From an uncultured Acidobacteriota bacterium (GTDB lineage Bacteria; Acidobacteriota; Thermoanaerobaculia; Multivoradales; SZUA-115), in contig CAWDVR010000004.1 of NCBI GenBank assembly GCA_963805975.1, positions 160,001 to 224,000 of the forward strand: DNA of 64,000 nucleotides. Reading direction: 5' to 3'. The notes beneath the pieces are model-generated. The model worked only from the letters and a program-made list of their open reading frames with translations, had not been told where the DNA came from and did not search any database. The translations under genes were made by a program, and so were the position numbers. Below, piece after piece: positions 20,701 to 31,886 of this stretch; position 1 is the first letter of the stretch, and each line of letters begins with the position of its first letter.

Positions 20701-20820
20701 GATGTGGGCATCAACGAGGCAGCCTTGACAGCGGCTCGTGGTGCCAAGTTCCGACCGGCGACGAAGGACGGCGTGCCGGTGAAGATTTGGACCAAGATCA
20801 AGATTCCCTTCAAACTTTGA
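17752..20820 (+). CDS. Multidomain protein: pseudo-receiver, Pro-rich linker, Hanks Ser/Thr kinase, TM helix, periplasmic linker, TonB C-terminal domain
   Basis: PDLVLVN..KPF receiver fold; GGMAEVW, VAIKKILP, HRDVSPQN, DFG, YMSPEQ, DLFSLG; hydrophobic helix; PEYP..ARR..IEG.V...VDENG.V..F.PA..DG.PV TonB_C. Confidence 0.92.
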   Translation: MPQIYVVEPESRHVERIRDALATEAGWSVVAFDRAERALQAAAGSAPDLVLVNVEVEGAETLLATFAKSRGGRGVLALLPERRGAEAEAFRGRADDVLVKPFAEQELRLAARRVLTGANAEALDSTGHKLTSAEIFGDLLAEFQEAPQARPRPAGASDEEVHRKLEQTLSGVLGPARKASPAPPAAAPAAVPPSAPPRKSKADLDMDSLLSRLDLDLGRARPAPRPAATTASPATSSPPAPAPKPIVPSAAPAQSPPSSVLAVPVSPPAVLEPLPAPLAELEEPPPVAAAAEPPALPKVTPRPAPPQPPVSIRVAPEGATTQRIPVMDLPAAGAEGREFGQYALLEKIAIGGMAEVWKARMKGVEGFQKTVAIKKILPHLTDNSAFVSMFIDEAKLAAQLAHPNITHIYDLGKIGNDYYIAMEFVEGRNLRALLNATRRQGVRFPLGLALLIGARLASALDYAHRKKGFDGHELGLVHRDVSPQNVLISNEGDIKLCDFGIVKAVAKASHTQMGALKGKLQYMSPEQAWGRQVDGRSDLFSLGAILFEMLTGRRLFPGENEISVLEAVRECRIESPKSLVPSTPDEVDALVRKALSREPADRFQTAGTMQQALEQVLHDLKPTQADLAAFVQKLASGPGLPDADSVSGLGSVPRLEDKAPWAAPEAVRPLAAPPAPAMAIEPARPKPSGSAPRPMPRPEPAAPARVTQHHVPPPKAEVLAVAPPAGSEVEIEEGGSRGRTGLIAAIAATLLLGALGAWVFLGRGKTTEPAPAATADESGQPTAGAHAPGQEPAGAGAETAEAAAAPAASEALPPANLDVAQLVDRELAKREQDLRRKLEADQEKLEQRLADVKAGEDQRKATEAQKEPASPPASAPPAAAPPAEPEPSSAEPEAVPEARTEPERVAQAAPPPPAAVPETPQVERGQLVKMGPGVVPPSLVSFVKPEYPAVARRLRIEGVVEAELLVDENGAVREARLSQPLRQDVGINEAALTAARGAKFRPATKDGVPVKIWTKIKIPFKL

Positions 20821-20869
20821 GAAGGGCTCGTCGCCGGGATAGGCGCTTACGGCTACGGTGGAGGAGGGC

Positions 20870-21103
20870 ATGAGCCTAAACGAGCAGCAGCGGAAGTTCT
20901 ACGAGAACATCCTGTCGGTCACCAAGACCGAGATCGAAGACCTCGACCGGCAGATCGAAGAGGAGCTCTCCAAGGTCAAGGACACTCTCGCCGATCTGCA
21001 GAACGCCAAGAAGGCCTCCCGGCAGACCTACGATGCCGCCTGCATGCGGCTCGGCATCCCCAACGACCTGGAAGAGGCGGAAGACTCCTCCGCCGGAGCC
21101 TGA
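20870..21103 (+). CDS. Small acidic coiled-coil hypothetical protein
   Basis: Strong RBS GGAGG, typical codon usage, heptad pattern. Confidence 0.75.
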   Translation: MSLNEQQRKFYENILSVTKTEIEDLDRQIEEELSKVKDTLADLQNAKKASRQTYDAACMRLGIPNDLEEAEDSSAGA

Positions 21104-21186
21104 CGCGCGCCCGCCGCGCGAATCTCCAAAGCCCTGGTTTCCACTTGGACGCTCGCCTGACGAGCGGCTCGCGTGGGACTCCCCTT

Positions 21187-22032
21187 ATGGCTTGGTTCCG
21201 GAAGCCCAAGAAGCCCAAGCTGGTCGGTGGCGACCGGCCTCGCAGCACGGTCCCCGAGGGGCTGTGGGTCAAGTGCGAGGGCTGCCGCGAGGTCATCTAC
21301 GGCAAAGAGCTCGACAAGAACCTCAAGATCTGCCCCAAGTGCGGCTACCACTTCCGCATCGACGCCTGGGAGCGGATCGCCCTGCTGGTCGACGAAGACT
21401 CCGCGGTGGAGCTGTTCCGCGACATCGCCCCGGCGGACCCACTGCAGTTCAAAGACACCAAGCGCTACCGCGACCGCCTGAAGTCCTATCAGCAGTCGGT
21501 GGGCGCCAAGGACGCGCTGGTGGTGGTCGAGGGCTTTCTCGAGGGGGTCCCGGTCATCCTGGCCGCCATGGACTACCCGTTCATGGGCGGTTCGATGGGC
21601 TCGGTGGTGGGCGAGAAGATCACCCGCGCCGCCGAGACCGCCACCGCACGCCGCCGCGCCCTGATCGTGGTCTCGGCCTCGGGCGGCGCGCGCATGCAGG
21701 AGGGCATCCTGTCGCTCATGCAGATGGCGAAGATCTCGGCCGCCCTCTCCCGCCTGCGCGACGCTCGCCTGCCCTACCTCTCGGTGCTGACCGATCCCAC
21801 CACCGGCGGCGTCACGGCGTCCTTCGCCATGCTGGGCGACCTCAATGTCGCCGAGCCGGGCGCGCTGATCGGCTTCGCCGGGCCGCGGGTCATCGAGCAG
21901 ACCATCCGCCAGAGCCTGCCCGAGGGCTTCCAGAGAAGCGAGTTCCTGCTCGAGCACGGCTTCCTCGACCTGGTAGTGCCCCGCCCGGAGCTCAAGGGAA
22001 CGCTAGCCCGCTGCCTGCGGCACTTCGTCTGA
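21187..22032 (+). CDS. accD: Acetyl-CoA carboxylase carboxyltransferase beta subunit
   Basis: WVKC..C..CPKC zinc finger, [33 protein letters not shown]. Confidence 0.97.
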   Translation: MAWFRKPKKPKLVGGDRPRSTVPEGLWVKCEGCREVIYGKELDKNLKICPKCGYHFRIDAWERIALLVDEDSAVELFRDIAPADPLQFKDTKRYRDRLKSYQQSVGAKDALVVVEGFLEGVPVILAAMDYPFMGGSMGSVVGEKITRAAETATARRRALIVVSASGGARMQEGILSLMQMAKISAALSRLRDARLPYLSVLTDPTTGGVTASFAMLGDLNVAEPGALIGFAGPRVIEQTIRQSLPEGFQRSEFLLEHGFLDLVVPRPELKGTLARCLRHFV

Positions 22033-22034
22033 CC

Positions 22035-23365
22035 GTGCCTTCACAGAGCGCCGCCGAGGTCCTCGATCGCCTCGAGCTCCACGGCATCAGGCTCGGCCTC
22101 GACTCGACGCGCCAGCTTCTCGCCGCCCTGGGCCATCCCGAGCGCGCCTGCCCGGCGGTGCTCGTCGCCGGCACCAACGGCAAGGGCTCGACCTCGGCCC
22201 TCCTCGCCTCGATCCTCCAGGCGTCCGGCTACCGCACGGGGCTCTACACCTCACCCCATCTCGAGGAGGTCGAGGAACGGCTGCGCATCGACGGTGCGGC
22301 GATCGACGGCGCGGGCCTCGGAGAGCTGCTCCGTGAGGTGGTGGCGACCAGCGAGGCGGTGGCCGGTGGTCCACCCACCTACTTCGAGGCACTGACCGTG
22401 GCGGCGTTCCTGTTCTTCGCGCGACAGCGGGTGGACCTGGCGGTGCTCGAGGTCGGCATGGGCGGCCGGCTGGACGCGACCAACGTCGCCGAGCCGATGC
22501 TCTCCGTGATCACGCCGATCGGCCTCGATCACACCGCCTTCCTGGGCTCGACGCTCGCCGCCATCGCGCGCGAGAAGGCGGGCATCCTGCGGCCGGACCG
22601 GCCGGCGGTGGTGTGGCCGGGTGCGGAGGAGGCGGAGGGAGCCCTGCGCTCGGCAGCAGCGGAGATCGGGGCGCGGCTGCTGCCGGCGCCGGAGCTGGCG
22701 CGGATCGCAGGGCGCGAGGCGATCGCAGGCGGGCGGCAGCACGTGGTCGTCGAAACCGCGAGCCATCGCCACGACCTGGTCACCGCCCTGGCGGGTTCTC
22801 ACCAGGCGGTCAACCTCGCCCTGGCGGTGTTGGCCGCCGAAGTTCTCGTGGAACAGGGCTGGGAACGGATCACCCCAGACCTCGATCCACGACGGCGTGG
22901 CACGTTGCCGGTGGCCCGGGCGGCTCGAGCGCATCGAGCTGCCGGGGAGCGGTGCCGTGCTCCTGGATGCGGCGCACAACCCGGCCGGTGCCGAGGCGCT
23001 GGCGGTCCACCTCGCGGAGACCGGCGAGGAGCTCACTCTGCTGTTCGGCACCTTTGCCGACAAGGACGCCGAAACCATGCTGCCCGTGCTGGCCTCTACC
23101 GCACGCCGGGTCATCCTGACGCGTCCTCCCGGCCCGCGCGGCCGCGACCCGCGGGAGCTCCTGCAGCTCCTGCCCGCGAGGCGTCCCCGCTCTCGTCGAG
23201 CCCGACCCGGTGCTGGCGCTCGAACACGGCCTCGAGGGCCCGGGGCTCCTGGTCGCCACCGGGTCTCTCTACCTGGTGGGCGAGCTCAGGCGCCGCTTGC
23301 GCGAGCGCTTCGGCGTGCCGGGAGCGGCGGTCGAGCCGCTGTTCGCATCCGATCTTCCTGGCTAA
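22035..23365 (+). CDS. folC: Bifunctional folylpolyglutamate/dihydrofolate synthase, two +1 frameshifts (about 22880 and 23179; probable sequencing errors)
   Basis: VAGTNGKGST, YTSPHL, EVGMGGRLDATN, IAREKAGI in frame 1; WPGRLE, LDAAHN in frame 2; GSLYLVGE in frame 3, ending TAA 23363-23365. Confidence 0.9.
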
Positions 23366-23388
23366 GATCTGCCGCGAGGGGACCTTTC

Positions 23389-24060
23389 ATGACCCGAGCC
23401 GAGAAATCGCAGCGCATCCTCGAGATCTTGGACGAGCTGTATCCGATCGTCCCCATCCCGCTCGACCACGTCGATCCCTACACTCTCCTCGTCGCCGTCG
23501 TGCTCTCGGCGCAGACCACCGACAAGAAGGTCAACCAGGTGACGCCGGCGCTCTTCGCCCGCGCCTCGACGCCGGAAGCGATGGCCAAGGTTCCGGTCGA
23601 AGAGATTCACTATCTGATCCGCGAGATCGGCCTCGCCCGGCAGAAGGCGAAGAACATCCAGCGCCTGTCCGAGATCCTGGCCGGGAACGGCGGCAAGGTG
23701 CCCCAGACCTTCGAGGAGCTGGAAGCGCTGCCGGGCGTGGGGCACAAGACGGCTTCGGTGGTGATGGCCCAGGCCTTCGGCAAGGCGGCCTTCCCTGTCG
23801 ACACCCACATCCACCGCCTGGCCGAGCGCTGGGGGCTCTCCTCGGGCAAGAACGTGGAGCAGACCGAGCGCGATCTCAAGGCCGTCTTCCCAGCAGAGAG
23901 CTGGGGCAAGCTCCACCTGCAGATCATCTACTTCGGCCGCGAGCGCTGCCCGGCCCTCTACCACGCCCTCGACACCTGCCCGATCTGCTCCTGGGCGGCG
24001 ACCAAGAAGCACAAGGGGCTGGAGGCGGAGAGGTCGAAGGCGCTGCGGAAGCGCAAGTAG
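23389..24060 (+). CDS. nth: Endonuclease III
   Basis: LSAQTTD, LPGVGHKTA, VDTHIHR, Cys cluster CPA....CPIC. Confidence 0.93.
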   Translation: MTRAEKSQRILEILDELYPIVPIPLDHVDPYTLLVAVVLSAQTTDKKVNQVTPALFARASTPEAMAKVPVEEIHYLIREIGLARQKAKNIQRLSEILAGNGGKVPQTFEELEALPGVGHKTASVVMAQAFGKAAFPVDTHIHRLAERWGLSSGKNVEQTERDLKAVFPAESWGKLHLQIIYFGRERCPALYHALDTCPICSWAATKKHKGLEAERSKALRKRK

Positions 24061-24075
24061 GCGGCGGGGCCGGAG

Positions 24076-24588
24076 CTACTTCCACATCCGCGGGTCGAAG
24101 CTGAAGGCTTCCGGCTCTCCGATCTCGATCATCCCGAAGTCCGGGTGGGCCGGGTTGAGGAGGACGTTCTCCTCCCGTGGTACGACGGCCGAGGGCACGA
24201 CGAGAGCCGCGGCTCCGCCCGTTCGCACCCACTCGGCCCCCAGCTCGCGGAGCCGTTCGGGCGCGGGGTAGGAGCGCCAGTCAAGGGGCAGGTCGCCGGC
24301 TTCCAGGCGGGCGATCCCGAGGGCCGGTGGCAGGCGAGCGGTGATCGACACCAGATCCTCCGGCGCATCACCGGGGTCGAGATGAACGAAGAGCTCGAGC
24401 ACGGCGAGCGAGAGATGAGTGGCGGTGTAGACGATGGCCACGCCCGGGGGGTTGAAACGGCCGCCGAAACGGCGGGCGCCCTCGCCGTCGAAAGCGTGAG
24501 CGGCGTGCTGCGCCTTGACCAGCCGGAAGACCGTCGTTCCGCCGTTCGGGGCCGAGGGATGTGCTGCTCGCTTGCCTTCCGATCTCAA
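24076..24588 (-). CDS. RES-domain toxin (NAD+ phosphorylase family)
   Basis: FDGEGA..GGRFN, VYTA..SLA.LE..VH, VPSAVVP.E.N.LLNP.HPDF, DPR; TTG start overlaps the antitoxin stop. Confidence 0.9.
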   Translation of the reverse strand: MRSEGKRAAHPSAPNGGTTVFRLVKAQHAAHAFDGEGARRFGGRFNPPGVAIVYTATHLSLAVLELFVHLDPGDAPEDLVSITARLPPALGIARLEAGDLPLDWRSYPAPERLRELGAEWVRTGGAAALVVPSAVVPREENVLLNPAHPDFGMIEIGEPEAFSFDPRMWK

Positions 24589-25058
24589 CTGAAGACGCCG
24601 TGCTCGATGCGGCCCAGGAGGTTCTCGACCTCGCGGCTGCCGGCGTCGGTGTCCAGCAGGCCGAGCGGCGTCTCGGCGCCCAGGGCGCGGTTGGGCGCCT
24701 TCAGCCAACGGGCGGCCTTCTCCTCGCTACCCAAGGTGTCCGTAGCGAGGGCTGCGATGCGGGCCAGCCGGGCCAGCCGGTCGGACTCGGCCGGTGGCAG
24801 GCGCTTCTCGTTCTTGCGGCGCGCCAGGGTGCGAAGGGGGATATCGAGCGCCCGGGAGAGGTCTTCGCGTTCGAGGTCGAAGAGCTCCATCAGCGCTTCG
24901 AGAAGCGCGTACTCGAGCCCTTGCCGCACCTGGGCCCGCACCTCGAAAGGCCCGAGCTTCGCCCAGGCGGAGATCTCGGAGCGGACCAACGACAGGCCGC
25001 GCTGGCCAGCCTTAGAGGCCAGGGGAGGAACGACGAGGCTTCGTGCCGGTAGTGCCAT
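24585..25058 (-). CDS. Xre/MbcA/ParS antitoxin (DUF2384)
   Basis: HTH RTLARRK, ESDRL.R.AR, A..WL..PNRALG..P..LL.T..G...V..LLGRIEHGVFS. Confidence 0.92.
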   Translation of the reverse strand: MALPARSLVVPPLASKAGQRGLSLVRSEISAWAKLGPFEVRAQVRQGLEYALLEALMELFDLEREDLSRALDIPLRTLARRKNEKRLPPAESDRLARLARIAALATDTLGSEEKAARWLKAPNRALGAETPLGLLDTDAGSREVENLLGRIEHGVFS

Positions 25059-25095
25059 TTGGCGTAAGTATTGTGCCTTGTGGCCAATTTGTCAA
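25054..25095 (-). promoter_or_regulatory. sigma70 promoter and palindromic operator of the xre-res TA operon
   Basis: TTGACA (25095-25090), 17 bp spacer, AATACT (25072-25067), 8 nt before ATG; palindrome GCCA-TT-TGGC at 25054-25063 spans the start codon. Confidence 0.65.
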
Positions 25096-26099
25096 GCGGG
25101 TGGCGAGGAGCTTTGCACCAGACGGTGGAAGGTCTCGGGGTCGATGTTGGTGCCGCAGACGATCAGGCCGACGCGGCGGCCGGAAAGCTCTTCCCGCAGG
25201 GGACCGAGGAGCGCGGCGGTGGCGGCGGCGCCGGCGGGCTCGACGGCGAGCTTCATCTCCCGCATCAGGAGCGCCATGGCGCGGCAGAGGGCCTCGTCCT
25301 CCACCTGCACCAGGCGGTCGAGCATGCGCCGGCAGAGGTCGAAGCTGTAGGGCGCGGCGTGCGGCGCGCCGAGGCTGTCGGCGATGGACGAGAGCTTCTC
25401 CATCTTCACCGGCCGGCCGGCCTCGAAGCTCCTCGCCATCACCGCGGAGCCCACCGGCTCGACGCCGAACACCCGCGCTCCCGGCTCCATCGCCTTGACC
25501 GCCGTCGCCACCCCGGCCGCCAGGCCCCCGCCGCCGATCGGCACGATCACCGCGTCGAGCCCCGGCACCTGCTGGCAGAGCTCGTAGCCCACGGTCGCGG
25601 TGCCGAGAGCCGTGCGCGGGCCGTCGAAGGGATGGATGAAGGCGCGGCCCTCCTCGGCCTCGATGCGATGCACCTCGGTGAAGGCCTCGTGCATGTCCTC
25701 GGCCAGCACCACCTCGGCACCGTAGGCGCGGCTGCCGGCAACCCGCGCCGGGTTGGCCGTCTTCGGCATCACCACCTTGGCCGAGGTGCCGAGCGTGCGG
25801 GCGCCGTAAGCCACGGCCACGGCATGATTGCCGGCCGAGACCGCGGTCACGCCGCGGCCGAGCGCCGCGGCGTCGAGCGCCAGCATGTTGAGCAGCGCGC
25901 CGCGCGACTTGAAGCTGCCGGCGTACTGGAAGAGCTCGAGCTTCAGGTAGACCTCGGTCCCGGGCCCCACGGCCGCGTCGATCTCGAGGCCACGCCAGCG
26001 CCATACCGGCGTCTCGCGCACGCGCTCGCCGAGCGAGGCGCGCGCGGCGGCGATCTCGTCGAGAGTCGGCGGGGCGGGCGGGGCCAAAGTTTCGATCAT
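25092..26099 (-). CDS. PLP-dependent threonine/serine dehydratase family protein (no ACT domain)
   Basis: [43 protein letters not shown]. Confidence 0.9.
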   Translation of the reverse strand: MIETLAPPAPPTLDEIAAARASLGERVRETPVWRWRGLEIDAAVGPGTEVYLKLELFQYAGSFKSRGALLNMLALDAAALGRGVTAVSAGNHAVAVAYGARTLGTSAKVVMPKTANPARVAGSRAYGAEVVLAEDMHEAFTEVHRIEAEEGRAFIHPFDGPRTALGTATVGYELCQQVPGLDAVIVPIGGGGLAAGVATAVKAMEPGARVFGVEPVGSAVMARSFEAGRPVKMEKLSSIADSLGAPHAAPYSFDLCRRMLDRLVQVEDEALCRAMALLMREMKLAVEPAGAAATAALLGPLREELSGRRVGLIVCGTNIDPETFHRLVQSSSPPA

Positions 26100-27349
26100 T
26101 CGAGCTCCGGGTAGAGAGGGAAGCCGGTGCAGAGCTCGGCCACCCGGCCGCGAACCGCGGCGAGGCTCGCCTCGTCCTCGGGCGCGCGCAGCACCTCGGC
26201 CATGAGCTCCGCCACGCGGTCCATCTCCGGCTCCTTCATGCCGCGGCTGGTGACCGCCGGCGAGCCGATACGGATGCCGGAGGCGACCAGCGGCGGGTTG
26301 GGGTCGTAGGGGATGGTGTTCTTGTTGGCGGTGATGCCGGCGCGGTCGAGCGCTTTCTCGGCGACCTTGCCGGTGAGGCCCGCCCTGGCGACGTCGAGCA
26401 GGAAGAGGTGGTTGTCGGTGCCGCCGGAGACGATGCGGAACCCCTGGCCGGCGAGCGCCCCGGCCAGCCGCGCGGCGTTGGCCACCACCTGCCGCTGGTA
26501 GGCGGCGAAATCCGGTGCCAGCGCCTCCTTCAAGGCCACCGCCTTGGCGGCGATGACGTGCATCAACGGCCCGCCCTGGATGCCGGGGAAGACGGCGCGG
26601 TCGATCTCCTTGGCGAACTCTTCCTTGCAGAGCACCATGCCGGCGCGCGGGCCGCGGAGCGTCTTGTGCGTGGTGGTGGTCACGAAGTGGCAGTGGGGCA
26701 CCGGCGAGGGATGGAGCCCCGCGGCCACCAAGCCGGCGATGTGGGCCATGTCCGCCATCAGGAGCGCGCCCACCGCGTCGGCGATGGCGCGAAAGCGGGC
26801 GAAGTCGATCACCCGGCTGTAGGCCGAGGCGCCGCAGACGATGAGGCGCGGGCGCTCCTCGCGAGCCAGGCGCTCGACCTCGTCGTAGTCGATCCGCTCG
26901 CTCTCCCGGTCGACCCCGTAGGAGACCACCACGAAGTCGCGGCCGGAATAGGAGAGCCGGTGGCCGTGCGTCAGATGGCCGCCGCTCGACAGATCCATTC
27001 CCATCAGCTTGTCGCCGGGCTTCAGCATGGCGAAGTACACCGCCATGTTGGCGCTCGTGCCGCTGTGCGGCTGCACGTTGACGTGCTCGGCCCCGAACAG
27101 CGCCTTCGCCCTCTCGATGGCCAACCGCTCGGCCACGTCGACCACCTCGCAGCCGCCGTAGTAGCGCTTGCCGGGGTAGCCCTCGGCGTACTTGTTGGTC
27201 ATCACGCAGCCGGTGGCCTCGAGCACGGCCCGGCTGACGAAGTTCTCGGAGGCGATCAGCTCGAGGCCGGAGGCCTGGCGTCGCAGCTCGTCGGCGATGG
27301 CGGCGGCGATCTCGGGATCGACCTCGGCTAAGCGGCGGTGGTCCGGCAT
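26096..27349 (-). CDS. glyA: Serine hydroxymethyltransferase
   Basis: [46 protein letters not shown]. Confidence 0.98.
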   Translation of the reverse strand: MPDHRRLAEVDPEIAAAIADELRRQASGLELIASENFVSRAVLEATGCVMTNKYAEGYPGKRYYGGCEVVDVAERLAIERAKALFGAEHVNVQPHSGTSANMAVYFAMLKPGDKLMGMDLSSGGHLTHGHRLSYSGRDFVVVSYGVDRESERIDYDEVERLAREERPRLIVCGASAYSRVIDFARFRAIADAVGALLMADMAHIAGLVAAGLHPSPVPHCHFVTTTTHKTLRGPRAGMVLCKEEFAKEIDRAVFPGIQGGPLMHVIAAKAVALKEALAPDFAAYQRQVVANAARLAGALAGQGFRIVSGGTDNHLFLLDVARAGLTGKVAEKALDRAGITANKNTIPYDPNPPLVASGIRIGSPAVTSRGMKEPEMDRVAELMAEVLRAPEDEASLAAVRGRVAELCTGFPLYPELE

Positions 27350-27418
27350 GGACAGCCTTTCGTTGGCGCGACCGTCTCCAAGTGCGCGGCACGACGGTCG
27401 GCGGGACAGCCGCCGGCT

Positions 27419-27874
27419 CTAAGGCGCGGCGGGTTGGGGGGTTTCGAGGCTTTCGATCTCGCCGACCCGGCGCCGGTGGCGGCCTTCCTCGAACGGCGTC
27501 GCCAGGAACTCCAGCGTGATCGCCTCGGCCGCGGGCGCCGCCAGCAGGCGTCCGCCCAGGGTGAGCACGTTGGCGTCGTTGTGGGCGCGCGCCATGTGCG
27601 CGCTCGCCACGTCGTAGCCGTTGACCGCGCGCACGCCGGGGATCTTGTTGGCGGCGATCGCCATGCCGATGCCGGTACCGCACACCAGCAGGCCGCGGTC
27701 CGCCTCGCCGGAGGCCACGGCGCGGCCGACGGCGGCCGCGTAGTTGGGATAGTCGGTGGACTCGGAAGAGTGGGTGCCCAGGTCGGCGACTTCGTGACCG
27801 GCGGCGGTAAGGAAGAAGCGCAAGGCCTCCTTGAGCTCGAAGCCGGCGTGGTCGGCGCCCAAGGCGATTTTCAT
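27419..27874 (-). CDS. rpiB: Ribose 5-phosphate isomerase B
   Basis: GADHAG, DYP, CGTGIG..IAANK, HNDANVL, RH.RRV. Confidence 0.96.
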   Translation of the reverse strand: MKIALGADHAGFELKEALRFFLTAAGHEVADLGTHSSESTDYPNYAAAVGRAVASGEADRGLLVCGTGIGMAIAANKIPGVRAVNGYDVASAHMARAHNDANVLTLGGRLLAAPAAEAITLEFLATPFEEGRHRRRVGEIESLETPQPAAP

Positions 27875-27887
27875 GGAAGCACGATCT

Positions 27888-28238
27888 TCATTCGCCCTTG
27901 GGCCCGCCATCACTCGCGGCCTCTTCGGCGACCTTCTTGATCGCTTTCTTGGCGGCGGGCTTTTTTTCGGCCGGCTTCTTGACCGGCGTCGGGCCCTCGC
28001 CTTCCGCGGTCTTCACCTTCTTGGCCGCGGGCGGCTTGCGCACCGGTGTCGGCGCGCCGGGCGCCGCCACCTCGGCGGCCGCCGGCTCCGGCGCCGACTT
28101 CCCCTTGGTGGCCGGGCGCTTGGAGGCGGTCTTCATCACCGGCTTCGGAGCCTGGTGTGCGGATTCCTGATTGCGCTTCTGCAGGCGCTTGGCGCGCCGC
28201 TGCCGCCGGCGCCTCAGCTCACGGTCCTTCTCTCTCAT
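27888..28238 (-). CDS. Small Arg/Lys/Ala/Pro-rich basic protein (histone H1-like tail)
   Basis: RBS GAGGAG; N-terminal RELRRRRQRRAKR; PAAKK/KKPA repeats. Confidence 0.7.
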   Translation of the reverse strand: MREKDRELRRRRQRRAKRLQKRNQESAHQAPKPVMKTASKRPATKGKSAPEPAAAEVAAPGAPTPVRKPPAAKKVKTAEGEGPTPVKKPAEKKPAAKKAIKKVAEEAASDGGPKGE

Positions 28239-28361
28239 GCTCTCTCCTCAACATTTCAGGGGCGCGGCGCGGCATCGAGGAATGGCGAGAACCAACCCCT
28301 GCGGTACGTTTCGCCAGCTTGCCGCACGGTGAGGCCGGCTGTCAAGGCGAAAGCGACCGTT

Positions 28362-28889
28362 TCAAGCTCGGGCACCGCCGAGCGCCGCGGCGATCTTCTC
28401 GGTGAGCCGCGCATCCGCCTTCTCGCCCTTCGCCGCCAGCTCGCGCTTGAAGTCGATGACTCTCTCGGCGAGCGCCGGGTCGGCGACGGCGAGGATCTGG
28501 AGCGCCAGGAGCGCGGCGTTGGCGGCGCGGTTGATGCCGACGGTCGCCACCGGCACGCCCGAGGGCATCTGCACGATGGCGAGCAGTGAGTCGAGACCTC
28601 CGAGGTCCTTCGACTGCACGGGCAGACCCACCACCGGCAGATGGGTGAGCGCGGCGACGACGCCCGGCAGGTGCGCGGCGCCGCCGGCGCCGGCGATGAT
28701 CACCTGGAGACCGCGGGCGGCGGCGGTCTTCGCGTACTCGGCCACCGCGTCCGGGCGGCGGTGGGCGGAGAGCACCCGCACCTCGGCCTCGACCTCGAAG
28801 CGCCGGCAGGTCTCGTAGGCCTCCTCTATCACCGGCCAGTCGGAGTCGCTGCCCATCAGGATGCCGATCTTGGGAGTCGTGGCGCTCAT
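28362..28889 (-). CDS. purE: N5-carboxyaminoimidazole ribonucleotide mutase
   Basis: IMGSDSD-like, SAHR, AGAGGAAHLPG, GLDSLL.IVQMPSGVPVATV. Confidence 0.97.
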   Translation of the reverse strand: MSATTPKIGILMGSDSDWPVIEEAYETCRRFEVEAEVRVLSAHRRPDAVAEYAKTAAARGLQVIIAGAGGAAHLPGVVAALTHLPVVGLPVQSKDLGGLDSLLAIVQMPSGVPVATVGINRAANAALLALQILAVADPALAERVIDFKRELAAKGEKADARLTEKIAAALGGARA

Positions 28890-28915
28890 GAGCTCCTTCC
28901 GCAGGAAGACGGTCG

Positions 28916-30508
<1,593 letters not shown>

Positions 30509-30557
30509 GCTCGCCGCGGTTCTCTATCACACAGATCCCCTGTGCGAGAATCCCCGC

Positions 30558-31886
30558 GTGCCTTTCGACGGCTTCGACACGGCCGCCATCGCCCGCGCCC
30601 TCGATCAAATCGCCGATCAGCCCGAAGACCTGGTGGACGCTTACTTCGAGCGTCTGGAGGACATCGAGCTGCCCGCCGGCGACCGGGCGCCCGGCCTCAA
30701 GCTGCGGCGGGAAGAGGGCCTGGCCGTGCGCCTGGTGCGCGGCGGCCGCACCTGGCTCGCGGCGCGCGACGCGATCGAGCCGGGCGCTTTCGCCGAGGCT
30801 TTGCGGCAGGTGGCGCGCGCGCTGCCCATGGCCCCCTACCCGGAGCCGGCGCTGCCGCTCGAGCCGTGGGGCCCGGCCGCCGCGCCGGAGCTCTACGGCT
30901 TTCCGGCGGCGGTCGAGCGCGAGGTGCGCCGCCGCCATGCCGCCTTCCCGGTGCGCCTCTCGGTCAAGCGCCACCGGCGCTCGGTGCAGGTGGTGGGGCC
31001 AAGGCTCTCGGCGGGCCTCGAGAACGAGGTCTTCTACAGCCTGGTGGCCGAGCTCGATTGGCAGGGCCGGGCGGGCGGCGGGCACTTCGGCGCCCTGCTG
31101 CCGGCGCTCACGGCGCGCGAGGCCGGGGAGGTGGCCGCCGCCCTGGTGGGCCGCTTCCGGGCCCGCCAGGCGCCGCCGCCGGCCCCCGGCCACCTCGCTG
31201 CCGTGCTGGCGCCGGCGGCGGCGGCGGTCCTCCTGCACGAGGCGGTGGCGCATGCGCTCGAGACCGACCTTTTGGCGCTCTCGGGCAACCCGGAGTCGGC
31301 GGTCGGGGTGACGCTCGGCTCCGCGGAGCTCAACGTCCTCGACGACCCCGGCAACGCGCCGGGCAAGACCCGGCGCCGGACCGACGACGAGGGCTCCCCC
31401 GTCTGCCGGCGCTGGCTGCTGCGCGGTGGTGTCGTCGAGCAGCCGCTCGCCGACTCGCTGGCGGCTCGCTCCTCCACTGTGCTGGCGCCGGGCGCGGCGC
31501 GGCGGGGCAGCCGCCATCTGCCGCCGGGCCCGCGCTCGACCCATCTCGAGCTCCTGGCCGGCGGCGCCACGGAGGAGGACCTGCTCGCCGGCGCCGAGGG
31601 CGGCCTCTTCGTGCCCGAGGCGTCCCGGGGCAAGCTCGACCCGCTCTCCGGCCGCTTCACCCTGTGGATCCCGCACGCCCGCCGGGTGCGCGGCGGCGTG
31701 GTGGCCGACGCCGTCGGCCCTTTCCGCCTGCGCGGCTCGGTGGCGGATCTCCTCTCCGCGGTTCGCGGCGTGGGGCGCCTCTCGGCCGCGGCCGGCGCCG
31801 GCTGGTGCGCCAAGGGCGGGCAGACCCTACCCGTCTGGGCGACCACCCCGAGCCTCTGGCTCGAGGGCGCCGAGGTCAGCCCGTGA
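30558..31886 (+). CDS. tldD: TldD-family metalloprotease subunit
   Basis: LLHEAVAHALE (HExxxH), DDEG, G.ARR, C-terminal GWCAKGGQ Cys ligand. Confidence 0.82.
   Translation: MPFDGFDTAAIARALDQIADQPEDLVDAYFERLEDIELPAGDRAPGLKLRREEGLAVRLVRGGRTWLAARDAIEPGAFAEALRQVARALPMAPYPEPALPLEPWGPAAAPELYGFPAAVEREVRRRHAAFPVRLSVKRHRRSVQVVGPRLSAGLENEVFYSLVAELDWQGRAGGGHFGALLPALTAREAGEVAAALVGRFRARQAPPPAPGHLAAVLAPAAAAVLLHEAVAHALETDLLALSGNPESAVGVTLGSAELNVLDDPGNAPGKTRRRTDDEGSPVCRRWLLRGGVVEQPLADSLAARSSTVLAPGAARRGSRHLPPGPRSTHLELLAGGATEEDLLAGAEGGLFVPEASRGKLDPLSGRFTLWIPHARRVRGGVVADAVGPFRLRGSVADLLSAVRGVGRLSAAAGAGWCAKGGQTLPVWATTPSLWLEGAEVSP

Noticed and set aside
17728-20871. 1047-aa antisense ORF covering the kinase-TonB gene
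   Set aside because: Shadow ORF from high GC3 bias; Arg/Gly-rich with no recognisable motifs
21033-24104. Apparent 1023-aa ORF, and other apparent fusions (22621-24060 folC-nth, 25092-27683, 28934-33178, 39069-42071, 57345-60449)
   Set aside because: Stop-poor GC-rich frames or frameshift artefacts; real genes occupy only part of each ORF
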